Assembly: GCF_037042905.1 (NCBI RefSeq)
Contig: NC_087249.1
Location: 39,556,001-39,620,000, forward strand
Direction: 5' to 3'
Length of the DNA: 64,000 nucleotides
Origin: Lytechinus pictus
Lineage: Eukaryota
Below are positions 61,654 through 64,000 of this stretch, piece after piece; position 1 is the stretch's first letter, and each line of letters begins with the position of its first letter. The notes beneath the pieces were generated by a model that ran no database searches, was not told the origin of the DNA, and saw only the letters and a program-made list of their open reading frames with translations. The position numbers were made by a program, and so were the translations under genes.

Positions 61654-62213
61654 AAGAATCTTTATTGATCGGAATTAACCTTGCACTTTTCTTCCCCGAG
61701 ATCACATTCTATCATTATTTGCGTTCAGGATGTTATAAAATCACCATATGAACCGTGAGGCACTTTAAAAATTGACTACTGATTATCGACTTGAATTTAC
61801 TACTACCCCTTTTTTCTTACTACATGACGTGTGTGTTTTTTTTTCCATTTTTATTGTGCTTTTGCTTTTTAGGAAATTTCTTTTGACGTGTCATGGCACT
61901 GGGAGGCGTGGGTGTTGGAGTGAAGCACCCCCCCAAAAAAAAAAAATATATATATATATATATACGCCTACCATTATTCTCTTCATTCATTTCTTTCACA
62001 ACATATTTAAATACAAGAGTTGCCAAAGATGTACATGTATAATATCTCACATTTATATATTTATATGTACATATATATATAACGATATTACATTCTGCGT
62101 GTTGGACACATATGAGATAAATATCGTGTCACTGTCAATATCGATATTGAAATAAATATCGAAATTGAAATAATATAAATATTATTTCAATATCGTGTCA
62201 CTGTGAGCTTTAT

Positions 62214-62270
62214 TGTATCCCTGAAGAAGACGTGAGGTTTACGTCGAAAATTTAGACTTGGAAATAAACT
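62214..62270 (+). ncRNA. Candidate Penelope-type minimal hammerhead ribozyme in a pseudo-LTR-like remnant
   Basis: CTGAAGA (62221-62227), A, stem GACGT/ACGTC with a 7-nt loop, GAAA (62246-62249), palindromic AAATTT, then AATAAA (62263). Lies between (TA)n tracts. Stem I is weak. Confidence 0.5.
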
Positions 62271-64000
62271 TTGTTGGAACGAGTACAGAGCATGACCTCT
62301 TTGCCTTATCTATATGTATACATATATATATATATATATAAATGAATAAATCAGTAAACAATAAATAAATAAAAAGTCAGTGAGTGCGTACGCTATTATG
62401 AAAATTAGGTTGGTATGCTAATATGTTACGAGAGTAGAATTAATGTCTATGTAACTACTGAAGGTTCCCATGGCGAAGAAGAAGAATATAGTCCACCTTA
62501 CATTTTTGGATGGACACAGGTTAAAAATTTGGCAAGCAAAAAAAAAAAAAATTAGGGGGGACAGGTCCCCCCCCCCCCCCCCCGCTTCCGCTGCGTATGA
62601 CAACATCTAGTCTTTCCTGGGCATGAATTGGTCCTGGAAGGGAACCACATATTTAAATGTCCAATTTTGAGGAGGGTTTTGACCAAAAAACTTTATAAAT
62701 GAACCCCACTTTTTTGTTTGCATTGTCCTTTTTTTTCTTAACAATTAAACACCAGACCCCCTCTTAGGATATCATTACCGGGTGGCCCCTTTAATATATT
62801 TCTTCGCATTAAAGCCAAGAGTCTGTTTATTTATTTATTTTTTTTTTTTTTTTATCATGATTAGAAATTAATACATGTAATATATTCTTTTTAAACAGAT
62901 TGTTGTAGATTCTTTTCGCAAAATTACAAAACGCCATAGTAATTCACTGAACAAACACTTAATTATCAACGTGGTATACCTGATATTCTTATTTGTCATG
63001 TTTATTTCGTCTTCCTATATAGCACACCTCTCTCTCTCTCCTTTTTCCTCTCTTTCTCTATGTCTTCCTTTACCATTTTCTCCCTTTCTTCTATCTTTCT
63101 ATCTCCTCTTCTTGCGTTCTGATATTTCTCTCCTTTTTTCTTTTTCTTCTCTTTCCCCTGACTCCATACATCCCTCCCCAGTTTGCAAACAAATGTGAGC
63201 TTTTTGAAAAGTAGTTTCCTTTTTTTTTGTTCCTATGTATTTAGTTCAGTCCACAGAACGGTGGCCAGTTTTCCAATCACGGTCAAAAGACAAATTTATC
63301 ATCGAATCTTTTGGGATACGGAAGTCACGCTCGCATTAAGAAATATGGTGCCAAAGCACGTATTGGAAATACGATATTTTGCCTTCGGCCGGGAAGGAAA
63401 ATTGGCAACTGTTGGTATAGAAAGTTTGATTTGGCCTGCTAGCTTCAGGTTTCATCATGACACTTCCCCGTTCATTGAAGGTTGGGTTGACTGTAACCGG
63501 AGATTAAGTAAGTATGACACAGAGGATGACGGCGTGACTGACGAAAGGCGATTGACCCATCAAACCACGTTGTGACAACTAATAATAGCGTATTTTCACA
63601 ATCACTAGCACTACGTAGACGCTTTCTACAACGCACCATTTCCTTTGAAAATCCAAGTCAAATCACAAAGAACAGCTGAGAGGTTTTTGTCGCAAACTAC
63701 AATTACACGAGTGCAACCGACTCCAGATCGACCGAATCTATTACGTTACTTGCAAAGGCAATCCATAGGTCGGCGAGTGACTATAGCGCGAACAAGTCGT
63801 GTCGCCACGGAAAATACATCACAGGTGTCACATGGTCCCAGAAGCGTTCCGAGGGTAAACTCTTATCATGTTGATCAACAGTACTCGAGAGGGTCACATG
63901 ACTTAGCCCAGTTCGTGCGAATTTCTCGTTCTTTACGCGATCACCCCCTCCCCCTCACACACTCTCTCTTTCTATCTACACCTTTATCCATTTCGCACGT

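Noticed and set aside
63183-63575. 130-aa ORF in unique sequence
   Set aside because: Non-ATG start, no recognisable motif and no convincing splice frame. Could be UTR or regulatory DNA of a gene beyond the window.

Overview
AT-rich eukaryotic genomic DNA, most likely a sea urchin or other marine deuterostome (inferred from the repeat repertoire, including a Deu-domain SINE). The only host genes I can support lie in the first 5.4 kb: two tandem, minus-strand, intron-containing paralogues of a sulfotransferase-like P-loop family. Copy A shows an intact exon 1 and continues off the left edge. Copy B is complete but carries a +1 frameshift and an in-frame TAG. The other ~58 kb looks intergenic or intronic and is dense with transposon remnants. 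These include two 5'-truncated LINEs joined head-to-head (one split at its YADD motif by a hAT-like MITE), tRNA-derived SINEs with Deu-, CORE- and Meta-like cores and swapped LINE-derived tails, and many nested MITEs with 2-, 3-, 4-, 6-, 8- and 9-bp TSDs. There is also a Helentron-like element, a candidate Penelope-type minimal hammerhead ribozyme, a recent 400-bp tandem duplication and several satellites. Unique stretches carry recurring RFX X-box/CRE motif pairs. I found no CRISPR array, rRNA, true tRNA or clearly new multi-gene system. Family names come from recall of motifs, not from database searches.
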